Under the pieces are notes generated by a model. That model ran no database searches, was not told the origin of the DNA, and saw nothing but the letters and a program-made list of their open reading frames with translations. Below, piece by piece: positions 23,120 to 35,600 of a stretch of DNA of 64,000 bases (position 1 is its first letter; the number at the start of each line of letters is the position of its first letter). Made by a program: the position numbers and the translations under genes. Where the stretch lies: positions 34,286,001 to 34,350,000 of the forward strand of contig NC_087451.1 in NCBI RefSeq assembly GCF_036321535.1. The letters are read 5' to 3'. Origin of the DNA: Camelus dromedarius. Lineage: Eukaryota.

Positions 23120-23290
23120 TCTTGAGGGTCAGAGCCCTCAAACCTCGGGTTTGACTCCTCGAACTGTGCAACCTTAGAGAAACCATACAACATACCTGAA
23201 AGATATGGATAATAGTAGCTCGGGGCTCACAGATGGTTGACAGATTTACGGCAATCTTGAGCGTGAGATGCTTAGCACCTTGCTGATGGA
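23120..23290 (+). mobile_element. MIR SINE (degraded)
   Basis: cagagccctcaaacctcgggtttgactcc...tgtgcaacctt...ggataatagtag...gcttagcac. Confidence 0.5.
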
Positions 23291-24424
23291 GAGGAAGTCC
23301 TCCAGGGTGTGAGCTGGAATTCTCATGGCTGCCGTTGTGCTGGTATTTTCACCGAGGCTCTCCTGACGGTGCTCTTGCAGCCGTCGGGGAAGAGCTGACA
23401 TGAGATGTTGGTTCCTTGGACTGCACCTGACGTCTGACTCACCAGCCCAGGGCGGTTCCCCAGGGCACCGACCGCGTGGAGTGGCGTGAACTCCAAGCAA
23501 GTAGACACATAGCACTCGTGGTCTCACCCACACATGCTCCATCTTGGCTCTGTGGCCTCGCCTTTTCCACCAGATTCAATACATAGGTTTCTGTTTTATT
23601 CCATTTTTTTCCCAGATGTTTCAGATACAACCCTTCCTTCTTTCTTCGTTTTCCACTGCATTTTGAATCATCGCTCTTTCATAATTCCCTTTCTCCTCTG
23701 ATCAGACTGAGCTGCTCGAATCACTTTCATAACCAATGTTTAAAAGCCAGCCAGTGTGCCCAAGTGTCTTGCCCCTGGAGCGGAGCCATCCAAAAGGGTT
23801 GCTTGTGCCACTGCAGTAGCCAGCTAGGGATGGCTCAGTCAGGGCACTTTGTGTCATAGACTGGTGGTGATACTTCCTTGAAGCTTTGAAGCTTTGGTGT
23901 CAACAGAGAAATATGCTCTCGTTGATTCCTATTTGTATTTCCTGGCTTGTCTTGATACGTTTTGGAATTTGCATTTTAAACTGTGCCTCTGTGTGGCTGG
24001 AGGTCCTAGAATGCACATTAGTGACTGCTTTTGGGGAGTGAAGGGGGTCTGGTAGATGAAGAAACCCCTCTGGTTCCTGCTCCTACTTCTACCAAACCAT
24101 CTTGACTTCTTATTGCTAGGGCATCACATACGAGTTTTCTCAAACTCTACAGCCAATATTTTAGAAAATCACCATGTTGTATTTTTACATGATTTGGAAC
24201 AGTTGTCTGAGATTTCCTTGTATGTTGGTATAAACTTTTTCCAGAGAGACGCATCTCCAATTCTTAAAATAAATGTCACGAGGGAAATAAGATTTGATCT
24301 TTGAAACTGCTCAGAGGAAACTTTCCAGGAAAGCGGGCTGCTTCCAGTGGGATGTTCCCATACTAGCCTGGGAGTGGTTTGGATAGATTATGGTACCCTC
24401 TGATTTGATTATAGCGTTTATTTT

Positions 24425-24925
24425 TTAATTTATTGACTTATGCACTAAGTATCTATTGTGTATTTATTATATGCTAGATATTAAGCATTTCACAGGGGAT
24501 GAAAGAAGCAAGAGGTTTACTTCTAGTGATGGGGGACGGACAATAAATGAATTTGTATCATTTGTGTCCGACGTGATACGTGCCATGGAGAAAAAGTAAA
24601 GTAGGGTAAGAGGGTAGGTGGAGAAACCACAGGGCTGTTTCAGGTAGAGTGGCCTGGGGAGCTTCCCTGGAGGGCCACAGGAGAGCAGAGATTGAAAGAA
24701 GTGGAAGAGCAAGCCATTGGCTATTTGCAGGAAGAACATTCCAGACAGAGGGAGCAGAAAATGCCAAGTCCCTGAAGCGGGAATCTTCTTAGCACATTCA
24801 AAAATCATCAAGGCTAGTGTGGCTGGAGTAGAGTAAATGAGGCAAAAGCAGCATGACATGTGTTCAGAAAAATAGTTGGAGATCAGATCACGTGAGGCCT
24901 TAATGGTCCAAAAAAGGAGGTTGAA
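24425..24925 (-). mobile_element. L2 LINE 3' region
   Basis: gaagaacattccagacagagggagcagaaaatgccaagtccctgaagcggga...gctagtgtggctggagtagagt...cagatcacgtgaggcctt. Confidence 0.8.
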
Positions 24926-25419
24926 TGCCGTTGCCATTTAAAAATACATCTGCTCATCTGTTATCCTTATGGACTCTGCATTCCTAGAGAGAAGAAAACT
25001 TGACTTCTTTATTTTTGCACTTCAGGGATCTAGCATCATCTGGGGACAGACCGAGTGTGTGCTTGGAAAATATGTATTGAGTGATTCTCTTTGGCTTCGT
25101 TGTTAAGTTTCAGGCGGGAAAAACGTCTCTCCCTGGTCTGTCTCCTCTTGGCCCAGGAGCTCTGAGGAAGGGTGTGGTGGCATCAGCAGAAGAATCTGGA
25201 ATGTCCTTAGGGTGCAGCTTGCATGGCAGGATCTCACGTCACCGCTGCCCCGCTTCCACTGTCCTCTCTTCACAGCTCTGGCAATCAGTGCAAACAGTCC
25301 TCTGAGAATTCTCAGCGCGCTCGGTTGCTCCGGGGTGTGTGTGTCTCCAGGGCCTTGGGAGACAGTCTGGTTGATTTAACGGGGAATCATAACAGTCCCA
25401 CTTTTTATAGGTCCAGAGT

Positions 25420-25545
25420 TTGGTTTTTTTTAATTAAAGTATAGTCGGTTTATGATGTTGTATTAACTTCTGATGTACGGCATAGTGACTCGGCTATACA
25501 TATCTGTCTATATGTTCCTTTTCATATTTTTTATAGGCAGTAGGT
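25420..25545 (-). mobile_element. Short LINE-1 3' end (artiodactyl type)
   Basis: tttttaattaaagtatagtcggtttatgatgttgtattaacttctgatgtacggcatagtgactc. Confidence 0.8.
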
Positions 25546-25593
25546 CCGTAGGTTGTAAAGGACTGTTACCTACTGGTTGGATCCTGACTGCTA

Positions 25594-25627
25594 GCGCGCG
25601 CGCGCGCGCGCGTGCGTGCGTGCGTGC

Positions 25628-25663
<36 letters not shown>
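25594..25663. repeat. (GC)9(GTGC)5(GT)16 compound microsatellite, Z-DNA-forming
   Basis: 70 bp uninterrupted purine-pyrimidine alternation counted directly. Confidence 0.95.
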
Positions 25664-25665
<2 letters not shown>

Positions 25666-26769
25666 GGAGACAAGCGGAATAGAAATATAGGAACGACACT
25701 TGCACGATGGCTCTAGTTTAAAGGAGACCAGCCGGGTGATGGCTGAGAAACACAGTCAGCATGAGCATTTTGTTTCTTGATGCCTTGAAGGCCCTTTGAA
25801 CGCCGGACGGATGGGGCGCGGAAACCGTCATTTCCCCGGAGGTCCCGGGTCGGGGTGGGACGCGGCAGCGGCGAGAGGGTAGATTTCTCTCCTGAGTGAC
25901 TCCAAGAGCCAGTGAGTCTCAGCCTCTGACCAGAAACTGAGATTTATTTCTCACTGGCTGGAAGAGAGAGTTATTTCAAAATCTTCTTCCTCCATTACAA
26001 AACTCCCCCTGGGAGGGTGGTTGGCCCTCACTGCCACAATCTTGGTTTCTCTGTCTTTCGTGCGTCTCGAGTTACACACTAAAAATGAGGGTGTGGGTTC
26101 TGGGGAGGGGCAGGCGCAGGGTCCAAGCCGTCCCTGTAGCTGACAGCTGGCGGCCTCTGGAAACCGGGCCTGGCTTCTGCTGTGCTCTGGAAGCACCGCC
26201 CCACCGCTTCTTGTAGTGCATGTGGATAAAGATTCACTCTTGGCAGAAGAGCCAGCCAAAACAGACCTCTGGCAAAAGTGTGGGTTTTTGTTTGTTTGTC
26301 TTTTATGTTTTTATTTTATTTTTGTTTTTGTTTTGCTTTGCATAACTTCCTTGATAGAATGCTCTTTTCTTTTTTTTTTTTTTTTTTTTTAACCACAAAT
26401 AGCTATACTTGAGTCCCAGGAAGAATCTTGGAATGTAGTAGCTAAACCATCCCCATGGGGAGGCGTGGCGATCAACTGCATCCTTTTTTGAATTACACCC
26501 AATCTTTGTGTCCCTGTCTTAGCGTGATGTCTGGCTCTGTATACTCTTCCTTTATAGCTTTTATAGTTTTTAGTCATCTGAGCCTCCTATATGTTTACTT
26601 GGTTTGGGGTTTTTTTGTTTGTTTCCCCTCTCCATCCCTGTTAGAACATATATTCCATGAGGAAAGGGATTAAAAATTTTTTTCAGTGTTTTATTTCCAT
26701 TACCTACAACAGAACCTGTCCAGAGCAAGTTCTCACTAAATATTTCATGAAAGGATGAACAGATGAGCA

Positions 26770-26975
26770 ATTGCTAGTAACCAGGCACTGAACTGGGTGC
26801 AGAAGGGCATTATCTCATTTGTCCTTTTTTCTTTCCTCTCCAAACTCTATCCAGTAGGCATGGCTATTTTCCCACATCTTTGGATGTGGAAACTGAGGCT
26901 TGGAAAAGCAGCAGCTGCTGTCTAGGCTCACAAGGTGGCTGAGATGCAGAGCGGATTTGAACGCTGGAAGCAGGC
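26770..26975 (-). mobile_element. MIR SINE
   Basis: ggatgtggaaactgaggcttgg...ctcacaaggtggctgagatgcagagcggatttgaac. Confidence 0.7.
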
Positions 26976-27117
26976 CCGGCTCTTGGCTGAGTCACGTGCC
27001 CTTGAAAGCGAGCATCTTTGGCTCCTCACTAGCCTCACCCGGCCCCGCCCTGCCTGGCCGCCCGCCCGCAGACCCGAGCTCTTCACCGCTGAACAGAACC
27101 GTCCTCGTGTAGTGATG

Positions 27118-27363
27118 GCTCACACACACACTCACACACGCACGTGCTCACACTCACGCACTCGCCCACATGCTCACATGTATCCACACACCCACCCGCA
27201 TACGCACACACACAATTACACGCACTCACATCTGCACACCCCACACTAACTTGTTCGCATTCACGTGTGTGCAGACCACATGCACACACACTCACACTCA
27301 CCCACAAACACAGGCTCACACTCATGCGCATGCATGTGCATACACTCACACACACACACACAC
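27118..27363. repeat. Degenerate CA-rich simple repeat (~250 bp)
   Basis: Imperfect (CA)n with CG/CT/TA interruptions. Confidence 0.9.
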
Positions 27364-27562
27364 CAACTTTAAGAGTGATCACAGCATCCTGGTTGGATTT
27401 CTCCTTACTGGGAAGAAATGGAACAGGGTCAGCTACCCTCCAAATCTGTACCATCAGCAGGGAAACAGCCCCTTTGGGCCTGCCTGGCTCTTGGGGAAAA
27501 GAAAACCTTCAGCTTTACTGAAACAAAGTTTTCTCCAGCTAAGCCTCAAAGAGATCTTAACT

Positions 27563-27753
27563 AGTGGTTCCCAAGTCCAGATCCTTAAGGATTGCCTGAA
27601 AGCTCATTAACAACACCGATTCCTAGGCCCCAGCCTGGGAGCGTTCGCTTCCTAGTCCTGGGCTGGGGTCTAGGGTCGGGGTTTCTAGTGCCCCCCCCCC
27701 CAGTGATTCTGATGCAACCAGCTCTTGGGCCGGCCAGTGTCGGGAGGCCACTG
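27563..27753 (+). mobile_element. MER5-family MITE
   Basis: agtggttcccaag...caccgattcctaggcccc...cagtgattctgatgca...ccactg. Confidence 0.65.
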
Positions 27754-27989
27754 GAGCTGCAGGATGTCCCCCTGAGGACAGAGCAGGACTTCAACATCCA
27801 ACGGGAAAAACTCACTGACTTTAACTTATTGCAAAATCAGCACACCCCAAGGAGGCAGGAATGGCTGAATCACCTTTTAGCACCAGCGTCTTCATACTTG
27901 AAGTCCTCCATAAATACTGGTTGCAGTTGATGACCACCAGAGCAGGACGCAGCAGAAAACGCTGCTCTCATTGCCTGCTCTAAAATTGC

Positions 27990-28155
27990 ACAAGATTTCT
28001 CCAAACTTTGTCGAGACTTTAGGAGCATAAAAATCTATCCATGCCTGAGACCGTCCCTACTCCCATTCTGACGTAATTGATTCGAGATGTGTCCACATCA
28101 GTAATTTTCAAAACTCCCCAGGTCATTCTAACGTACTGCTAAGGTTGTGTCACTG
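27990..28155 (+). mobile_element. MER5-family MITE
   Basis: attctgacgtaattga...ttttcaaaactccccaggtcattctaacgt...cactg. Confidence 0.6.
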
Positions 28156-28163
28156 TCTTAGAC

Positions 28164-28358
28164 CAGAGGTTGGCAAACAGTTTCTGCAAAGGGTCACAGA
28201 AGGGTCTGTCACAATTACTCAGTTCTACCGCTGTCCTGCAAAAGCAGCCACAGACGACAGAGAAGCCAGTGGGTGTGGCTCTGTTCCAATAAAACTTTAT
28301 TTATAAAAACAAGCAGTGGGCCAGATTTGGCCCATAGGCTGTAGTTGACCAATCCCTG
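28164..28358 (-). mobile_element. MER58A hAT-Charlie MITE with 8-bp TSD
   Basis: gtggctctgttccaataaaactttatttataaaaacaagcagtgggccagatttggccc; flanks tcttagac and tcctggac (6/8). Confidence 0.9.
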
Positions 28359-28369
28359 TCCTGGACTCT

Positions 28370-28555
28370 CCCAGCCTTCTTAAATCTGTGCTCAAAATCA
28401 CCTGGAGGGTGTTTTAAAATGCTAATTTCCTGGCACCCTTAGGTGGTCTTTTCCTAAATCTGGGTGAAGGTCCAGGAAACTGTATGGATCAGAAGCATCC
28501 TAGAATTGGGGGCTATTCTGAGGATGGGAGCCAGTGAACCACACTTTTCAGAGTA
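28370..28555 (-). mobile_element. MER5A-type MITE
   Basis: aaatcacctggagggtgttttaaaatgc...gaaccacacttt. Confidence 0.65.
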
Positions 28556-29729
28556 TCTGAGAATCATGTAGCCCTGACATTAACCAAGGCCCCGAGCCTT
28601 CTCCACCCCTCTACCCTGCCAGGGGCTCCAACTCCAGAGATCTGTGGGACCCTCTGGTCCTTTCTGCCTTCCTTCTCTCTGCCTTTTCTGTTCTCTTTTT
28701 GTCTCTTTAAATCCTTCTCAAACATCGGTTATTGACTCACACCAGGCGGGAGGGTGTTGGGGGGGAGATGGAGAGGCAGGCAAGGCCCTTTGGCCTATGA
28801 GGACCACGGGGACGTGGCTCTTGTTGAGACCGTTCTGGAGAGAACCTTTCATAACTTCCCTGCCCCGCCATCCGCAGGCACAGCTATGGCTCCTGCTAAG
28901 TCCAAACTCTTCGTGCCTCTGCGCCTAGTGGTTATTGCTGGCTTGTTTTCACAGGTGAGGGTGATGGGAGCCTCTTCCAACTTTCTGTCTCATGATGAGA
29001 TGCTTATCTCCTTGGCCCTCTCCAAGCTCTGGGGTGATGGCCCTGCAGAGGCCTCAGCCTCTGCTCGGTTGTTCTTAATTAAATTTGAGATCGACTTGAA
29101 CAAGAGGGCTTTGGGAGCTGGGTGGGCTGTGGGCCAAGGGCCTGAGCAACTGCCACGAAACAGCACCACCTCCCGCCGTCCTGATCCCCGGGACATGTGT
29201 ACGGATTATGGAGAAATCCCTCTGCCATGAGGTTCTGTTAATTCTTTAGCCTGGATGCTGGGTTTCAAGAGTAGCCCCAGATCAGCGCCCGAGGGCCTGG
29301 CTTTGCTTCATATGGAGCTTGGGATTATCCGGGACATGTGGAATCAGGATCCCTTGGAAATCTGGGTGTGATGACCTGGGGTCCTTAAGTTCTGAGGTGT
29401 GATTTCTTCCCCTTACCGACCATGTCCTCCCAAAATGTATTAGAGTGTTTTTCCTTAAAGTGACCCGAGGAACTGGTCTACCCAGACCGCACCATTTGGG
29501 GCTAGAGAGGAGAGTGTAGAGTCCGGGGTGCAGAGATGGCGGTGATGCCTCGCATCTATGGAGAGGGGCGCACAGAACGGGGCTGACCCAAGTCACTGCC
29601 ACTAACACGCGACCCAGCAGGTGCACACTTTTCAATGTCTCCGTATACTCCGCAGAACAATAGGTGTGAGGGAGCATCTGTTATCTGTCGCACACAGTGA
29701 AAGCAGTGGGAGTTATGCAAATGCATGGT

Positions 29730-29890
29730 GGTGGATAATACCCAGCATTTATTACATGTTTTACATACGCTGTCTTGTTTAATCATTACAATAACACTGA
29801 GAGTTACCATTATCTCTGCCGAAGAGGAGGTAACTGAGGCACAGAGAGGTTAGGCAATTTGCCCAAGGCCGTACAGGTGGTAAGTGACGA
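29730..29890 (-). mobile_element. MIR SINE
   Basis: taactgaggcacagagaggttaggcaatttgcccaaggcc. Confidence 0.8.
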
Positions 29891-30384
29891 ATCAGGTGAT
29901 GCTGAGAGAACTTAAAATGTATTAATATTAAAAGTGACAGGATACATCCCATTGTCAAGACTGGGAAATATTTTCAAGGCAACCCAAGAGCAGAAGTAGC
30001 ATAGTGCGGCAGACTTAAAGGGAGGTCAGTCTGGCAGCAGCAAGTCTTGGGGGCGAGTGAGGACTCTGAGAGATGGAGCTCGTGAACAGACCTCCAGATT
30101 CTGCACGGTCACCTCCTGCAGGGACACACAGGTGAGATGCCCGTCTCACCCGAGGGTCATATGCAGCGAGAAGAAGTGGTGTCTCCGACGGCCAGAGCAA
30201 AACGAAGACAGTTCAACCACCACCAGGCGCTGAGACCACCGCTGGGCAGAACTGCGAGTGTGTTTCCCTCTCCCCACCTCCCCGAGGGCTGCCGATCTTC
30301 TGTCAGTGCCTCTCTGACCTTCAGGATCCCTTTCTCCCCAAGTCTCTTTCTGTCCTGTTTCTGTCCCAGAGGAAGGAGGTTGGT

Positions 30385-30770
30385 GGGTAGGGGCTGAACT
30401 GCATTCTCCCAAATTCGCATGTTGGAGTCCTGCCTGGTCCCCAGGACCTCAGGGTGTGACTCTGTTCGGAGCTGGGATCTTTACTGAGGTGATTAGGGTG
30501 GGTGTTCACCCAGTGTGGCTGGTGTCCTAATAAAAACAGGAAACAGACACATCTGGGCACAGAGACAAGCACTGAGGGAGAAGACGGCCGTCTGCATGCC
30601 AAGGACGGAGACCTGGAACAGGCCCTTCCCTTACAGCCGCAGGAGGAACCAACGTTGCCAACACCTTGATTTTGGAATTCCAGCCTCCAGAACTGAAAGA
30701 TGCTGCACTTCTGTCCTTGAAGCCACTGAGTTTGTGGCACTTTGTTACAACAACCCTTAGCAAACTCAGG
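30385..30770 (+). mobile_element. MLT1A/B-type solo LTR
   Basis: ggctggtgtcctaataaaaacagg...aagacggccgtctgcatgccaagg...caccttgattttggaattccagcctccagaactg...tttgtggcactttgttac. Confidence 0.9.
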
Positions 30771-31708
30771 AGTGAGTAACATACATCCTAGCGTGAATCG
30801 GGTTACAATTCCAGGAGCAGTTTCAACTTCAAAGAGTAGAAAAAGGTCAAAGAAACGTATCTTAGAGGAGGGCATTCGGGCACTCTGCAGTGCGGTGGGG
30901 CAAATGTTGGGGGCAGCAGATCTCTACTGGCACCAGGCCTCTCCTCACCCCTGCCACCCGCAGGGGTGAAGGAGACCAGTCTTGCAGCCTCGCCGGGCGC
31001 AGCCTCCCCCATCCCCCCAGACACATTTTCTTCCACATTCTTCCCCCTCTGAGACCTTGGTGTGTGTTTAGCTGCTTAGTTTGGTATCCTGGAGACTGAG
31101 CGATGCTCACACCACCACCCCGAGCAGGCAGGGCTCCCTAGAGCTGTGACTTCTGGAAGCAGAATGTTCCTGATTTCCAGAAAGTAAAATAGACCCCCGA
31201 CCTGATCCCCGCCCCGATCACTTTCTCCGTAGTGGCCGTGCCTTGTGTCTTTACCTTATCTCACCCTACAGTTCCACTGCCTGCGTGCTCAGTGTTTGGC
31301 CTCCTGTAAAAGCTGCAGTTTACACGGAGGGGGATGAGTAAATCATTTGGGAAATCTTTGCTCCTGTTTTCACTTGTCCCTGCTCCTGGACTAGCTTAAT
31401 TTATCTATCTGGTACTAATTTATTGAGCATCTGCTCGGGGCCAGGGGGTGGGGAGATGCTCACGGGCAAGCCTGATGCTGGACGCAGGCACTCACGGTCT
31501 AGGAGGGGAAAGCCACAGTGAACTCGCATTTTCGGGTCTGGTGATTCCAGGGGAAGTGTCAGCTTCATGCTCCCTGCTCTTACCCTGTTATCTGTGGGGT
31601 TTTGATGTGTCTTTCCCCATCAATCTAAGATTATAAACTTTGAGGGCACAGCAGTCCTGCCAGGGTTCCTCTTCCCAGAGGCCTTTTCTGCTTCAAGTGC
31701 CAAGGACG

Positions 31709-31890
31709 CAGTTTTTCTCAACAGTTAGCGTGGATAATAATCACGTGGGGAAGCTGTGAAGACGCAGATCCCCTGGCCTGGCCTTAGAGGTTCTGAATTA
31801 GAGGGCCGGGGTAAGGTCCAAGAATGTGCATTTTTAACTAGCATGCCCAGGGAGCGTGGAAACGTGTGCACCCCGATTTGAGAATACTCT
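31709..31890 (-). mobile_element. MER5A MITE
   Basis: cagtttttctcaac...gaggttctgaattag...gtgcatttttaac...tttgagaatact. Confidence 0.7.
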
Positions 31891-32074
31891 CCCAGGACCA
31901 GAGGCCGCTTGCTGTTTTTCTTGTACTTCCACAAAATAAGACAGAACGCAGACAATCGTGAAAAGTGCAAATGGCAAATGGCGGGAAGAAAAAAATTCTT
32001 TTGGTGAAATTAGCAAGGCAATTAAATATTGGTTGAATTGAATTGGATTCCTGCTACCATAATGGTTTTTTTTT

Positions 32075-32630
32075 TTCTTTTTTGAGGCTTTATTTTTTTA
32101 GAGCAATTTTAGGTTCATAACAAAACTGAGAGGAAGGTGCGGAGATTCCCCGGAGACCCCCTACCCCCAACACATGCACAGCTCCCCCCCACCACTCCCA
32201 ACATCTCCCATCCCAGTGGGACATTTGTTAAAATTGATGAGCCTACACTGACACATCATTGTCACCCAAAGGCGTAGCTTACAGCAGCGTTCACTCTCGG
32301 TGGTGTGCATTCAGTGAGGTTGGATAAATATATAATGACGTTTGTCTACCATTATTGTATCATACAGGGTGTGATCACTGCCCGAAACATCTTTTGTGCT
32401 CTGCCTCGTCGGGCCTCCCTTCCCCTTAACTCCTGGCAACCACCAAGCCTTTTACCGTCTCTAGAGTCATGCCTTTCCCGGAATGCCCTAGAGTTGGAAT
32501 CATACAGTAGGGAGCCTTTTGGACTGACTTCTTTCACTTGGTAACATGCATTTAACCTTCCTCAGTATCTTTTCATGGCTTGAGAGCTCATTTTTCTTTT
32601 CAGTGCTGAATAATATTCTGTTGTCCAGGT
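32075..32630 (-). mobile_element. L1MA/L1MB-type LINE-1 3' end
   Basis: ttttttagagcaattttaggttcataacaaaactgagagg...gggacatttgttaaaattgatgagcctacactgacacatc...tggactgacttctttcacttgg. Confidence 0.9.
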
Positions 32631-35600
32631 GGCTCGCAGGTTGTTTATCCTACTGTTTGCTGTTTAAAGGCACTGAGGTGGATGATGCAGTGTTTAAATC
32701 AGCTATGGGTCCCTTTATCTTTCAATGAAAAGGAGCGAAAGATTCACAAGCCTGGTGACATCTGAAAACCTTCCCGCCGCACTTGGATTTCTCTGACTTT
32801 CCTGGGACTGTGGGGCTTGCTCATCACAGGTGTTGAATCTAACCTGGAACCAGAGAACAAAATGGGCGGGTGAGATGGTCATAGGCGTCACCTATGTGTC
32901 CGTCCCGTGGCCTACAGGTGACAAAGTGGTGGAGACCTGCTATGAGGTGAGTGTCCCGACTCTGGAGTTGGTCCCTGTAGGATTCATGCACCAGCTCTTC
33001 TACACATTGTCCTGGGGGCCAAACAAAGCAAAGTCTTGCCAGCCAACTTGGGAGCTGTGTGTCTTAGACAAACTCCTGGCCCTCTCTGAGCCTTGGTTTG
33101 CTTAGCTGCAAATCAGTGGTTTCTAAGATCTCTTCTAACTCAGACATTATATGGTGTGGCCACATTAAAACTAGGTTATCACCCTTGCCTGGTCCTCCCC
33201 ATTCAGCTGGCCCCTGCCAGTTGGTCTGCCCAGCATAAGACACAGAGTAAGCCCTCAGTCTGTACCTGCAGATGGCTTTTTGATTCTCAGACTTGCCCTA
33301 CTCTGTCTCTGGCATATTTCTGAAGTATCGGAGGGAGTTAGAAAGGAGGCAGCTGGGATATTTTGTTTCCTTCGGGACCCCCCTCCTTTTCGTCGAGCCC
33401 CACCCCGCCGCTGGCGCGCTGGGCCCCTGATCCTGGTTGAGACCAGACCTTTCGTCACGTCTCAGGAGAGCGGCGTCTGTCACTTCCTTCTCCTGGTGAG
33501 CGGGAGGGCCTTGGGCAGAGTCTGAGCTGCAGCTCAGCACAGCCCGGCCCAGGCATCATCCCTGAGAAATTAGCAGAGCTGGGAGGTCTGCCGCTAACGT
33601 GGGTCCTGCGCACACGTGGGCGAAGGAAGTTTCCAGCTTTCTTAACCATGTTCTTCCCTCCCTGCTGGAAGCATTAAAAAGAGGAAAGAGAGCATTCCTA
33701 CTTCTGTTCAGTCTATCCTCTCTGAGTTTGGATTCTGAAGGACACTGAGCATCGCTTGCTGTGGAGCGAAGAAGTCTGCGTTTGCCCCCGGCAGCACGCA
33801 GCGGCAACAGACATGCTCAGGGCCAGTGCTGAGGTGAAGCCCTCAGGGCCCCACCTCCCTCCTCTGCTCCGACCCTTTCTCAGGAGACTTCCAGAGAGGA
33901 TCTTTGCTCAGAACCCAACCAGAACCCTTGCCAGTGTGTCTGGGAGAGGAAAGCTTGCTTTCTGTGTGCTTTCCAGAACATTCCTATAATTACAGCTTGA
34001 TTCTAAAGCACTAAATGGTTATTATTATCAAGCCAGTGTGTTTGCTGCCAAGGCGCTAGGGAAGATACCACATAAGCCACACGAACACAAGGTTTAGGGA
34101 AATCAGGGGTTTTTACTGGATTTGAGAGTCAGGCGTGATGGCAAGAACAAAAGATAGCGATTTTTAGCCATGTACACAAACTCACAGAGTCTTAGGACAG
34201 GAAACGGAGGGGAGAGAAAACCGTAGGACTGGGGCAGAGAGCGGAGAGTCTTAGAATGTACAGACATGAGGTCAAATCCCCACTCGCAGGGATTCTGTCA
34301 TACATAGACTGCTGCGATGCTGAAACGCATATTTCCCCAAACTCTCACTCATTTCCAAGTGTTTGTACAGCTCCCCGTGTGCCAGTCGTTGTCCCAAGCA
34401 CTCTACATATATTAGCTCGTCTAATTGCATTTCCATCAAGTTTCGCCGTTTCTAGATTCATGGAATTTTCACCCGGAGACTTTGAGTGAAATCTGGGCTC
34501 GCTCCTCACCCAAAGGAGCTCTTGGGATGGTGACAGATCAGTCTGGGTTCCAGCCCACACGTTCCCTGGCAGCACCTGCATATCCAGTCCTGAAGGTGTT
34601 TAACCCTTTGTCTGCTCAGCCAGGACGAGAGCTGGCAAACTGGAATTGAGCAGAGGGCAGCCCAGAGAATGGGGAGAGGGTGCAGGGAAGATGGAAAGAG
34701 GACCTGGAGCTGAAAACCAGCTCAGAGGGAAGCTGAGGCCAAACCAGTTGAGACTGTTTTTCCTAAGATACAGCATCCGAGCAGCGGGAGGGAGATGTGT
34801 TCAGACGGGCGAGCTGCCACCGGTTTCTGATTCAGTCACTCCTCCCCCTGAGCTCATTCTGAGCAAGTTCATCTCATGGCGGTGAGCAAGGAGGGTCTGA
34901 TGAGCTAATGCTCCCAGGAACTCGGTAGGAGGGATCACCTTTCTTGCCAGGGCAGTGTCCGGCTCTTTGAAGGCTTGGTTTTGAAGGAGGACCAGTCAGG
35001 ACTGATGCAATGTAAACGGGTGACAGGCTGGCTTTGCTTGGATGCTGTGACGTGTCTCTGTCCACCTCGGAGCATCCTCTCCATCCTTCCCACCCCACGT
35101 GGCACCATCCCCCTGTTTGTGGTGCTGACTGTAGGGAGGCGATATGTTGCAGTTCTCCCAGGCGCCCTTTGCTGTGGTGGCCAAAGTAAAGATGTAGTGG
35201 CCTTCCGCCTGAGTGAGGGGTTGGCGTTGAGGGGCCTAGGGCTGGATGGAAGGAGCTCAGGGCACAGGTAAATTAGAAGAAGCCTTCTAAGAAGAGTCAG
35301 GGGTCGGATACCGGTGGTGCTGATGTGGTGATGTCCAGAGAGCCAGAGGAAGGATGCTTCAGAAAGGCTCAGAGCTTTGTAACGACTGAGACGGTACCCA
35401 GTTTAGGAGGAAGCCAAGAGCGCCCAAGTCAGCCACGGGGGAAACTCTGCGGGAGTCTGGGCTTCCTTCCCGTTGCATTTGGGGATGGTTGAAGGGTCAG
35501 AGACAGGGTGGGCAAATTCTATCTTCTCCCTTTGCTTCCTTATAAAGGGAGGTACAAAGTCTGTTTTTGACTGTTAAATGACACAACTCATGTGACGTGC

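Noticed and set aside
24056-24304. 82-aa ORF with a hydrophobic, signal-peptide-like N-terminus
   Set aside because: Short, weak Kozak context, no homology recognised and no supporting promoter or exon structure.
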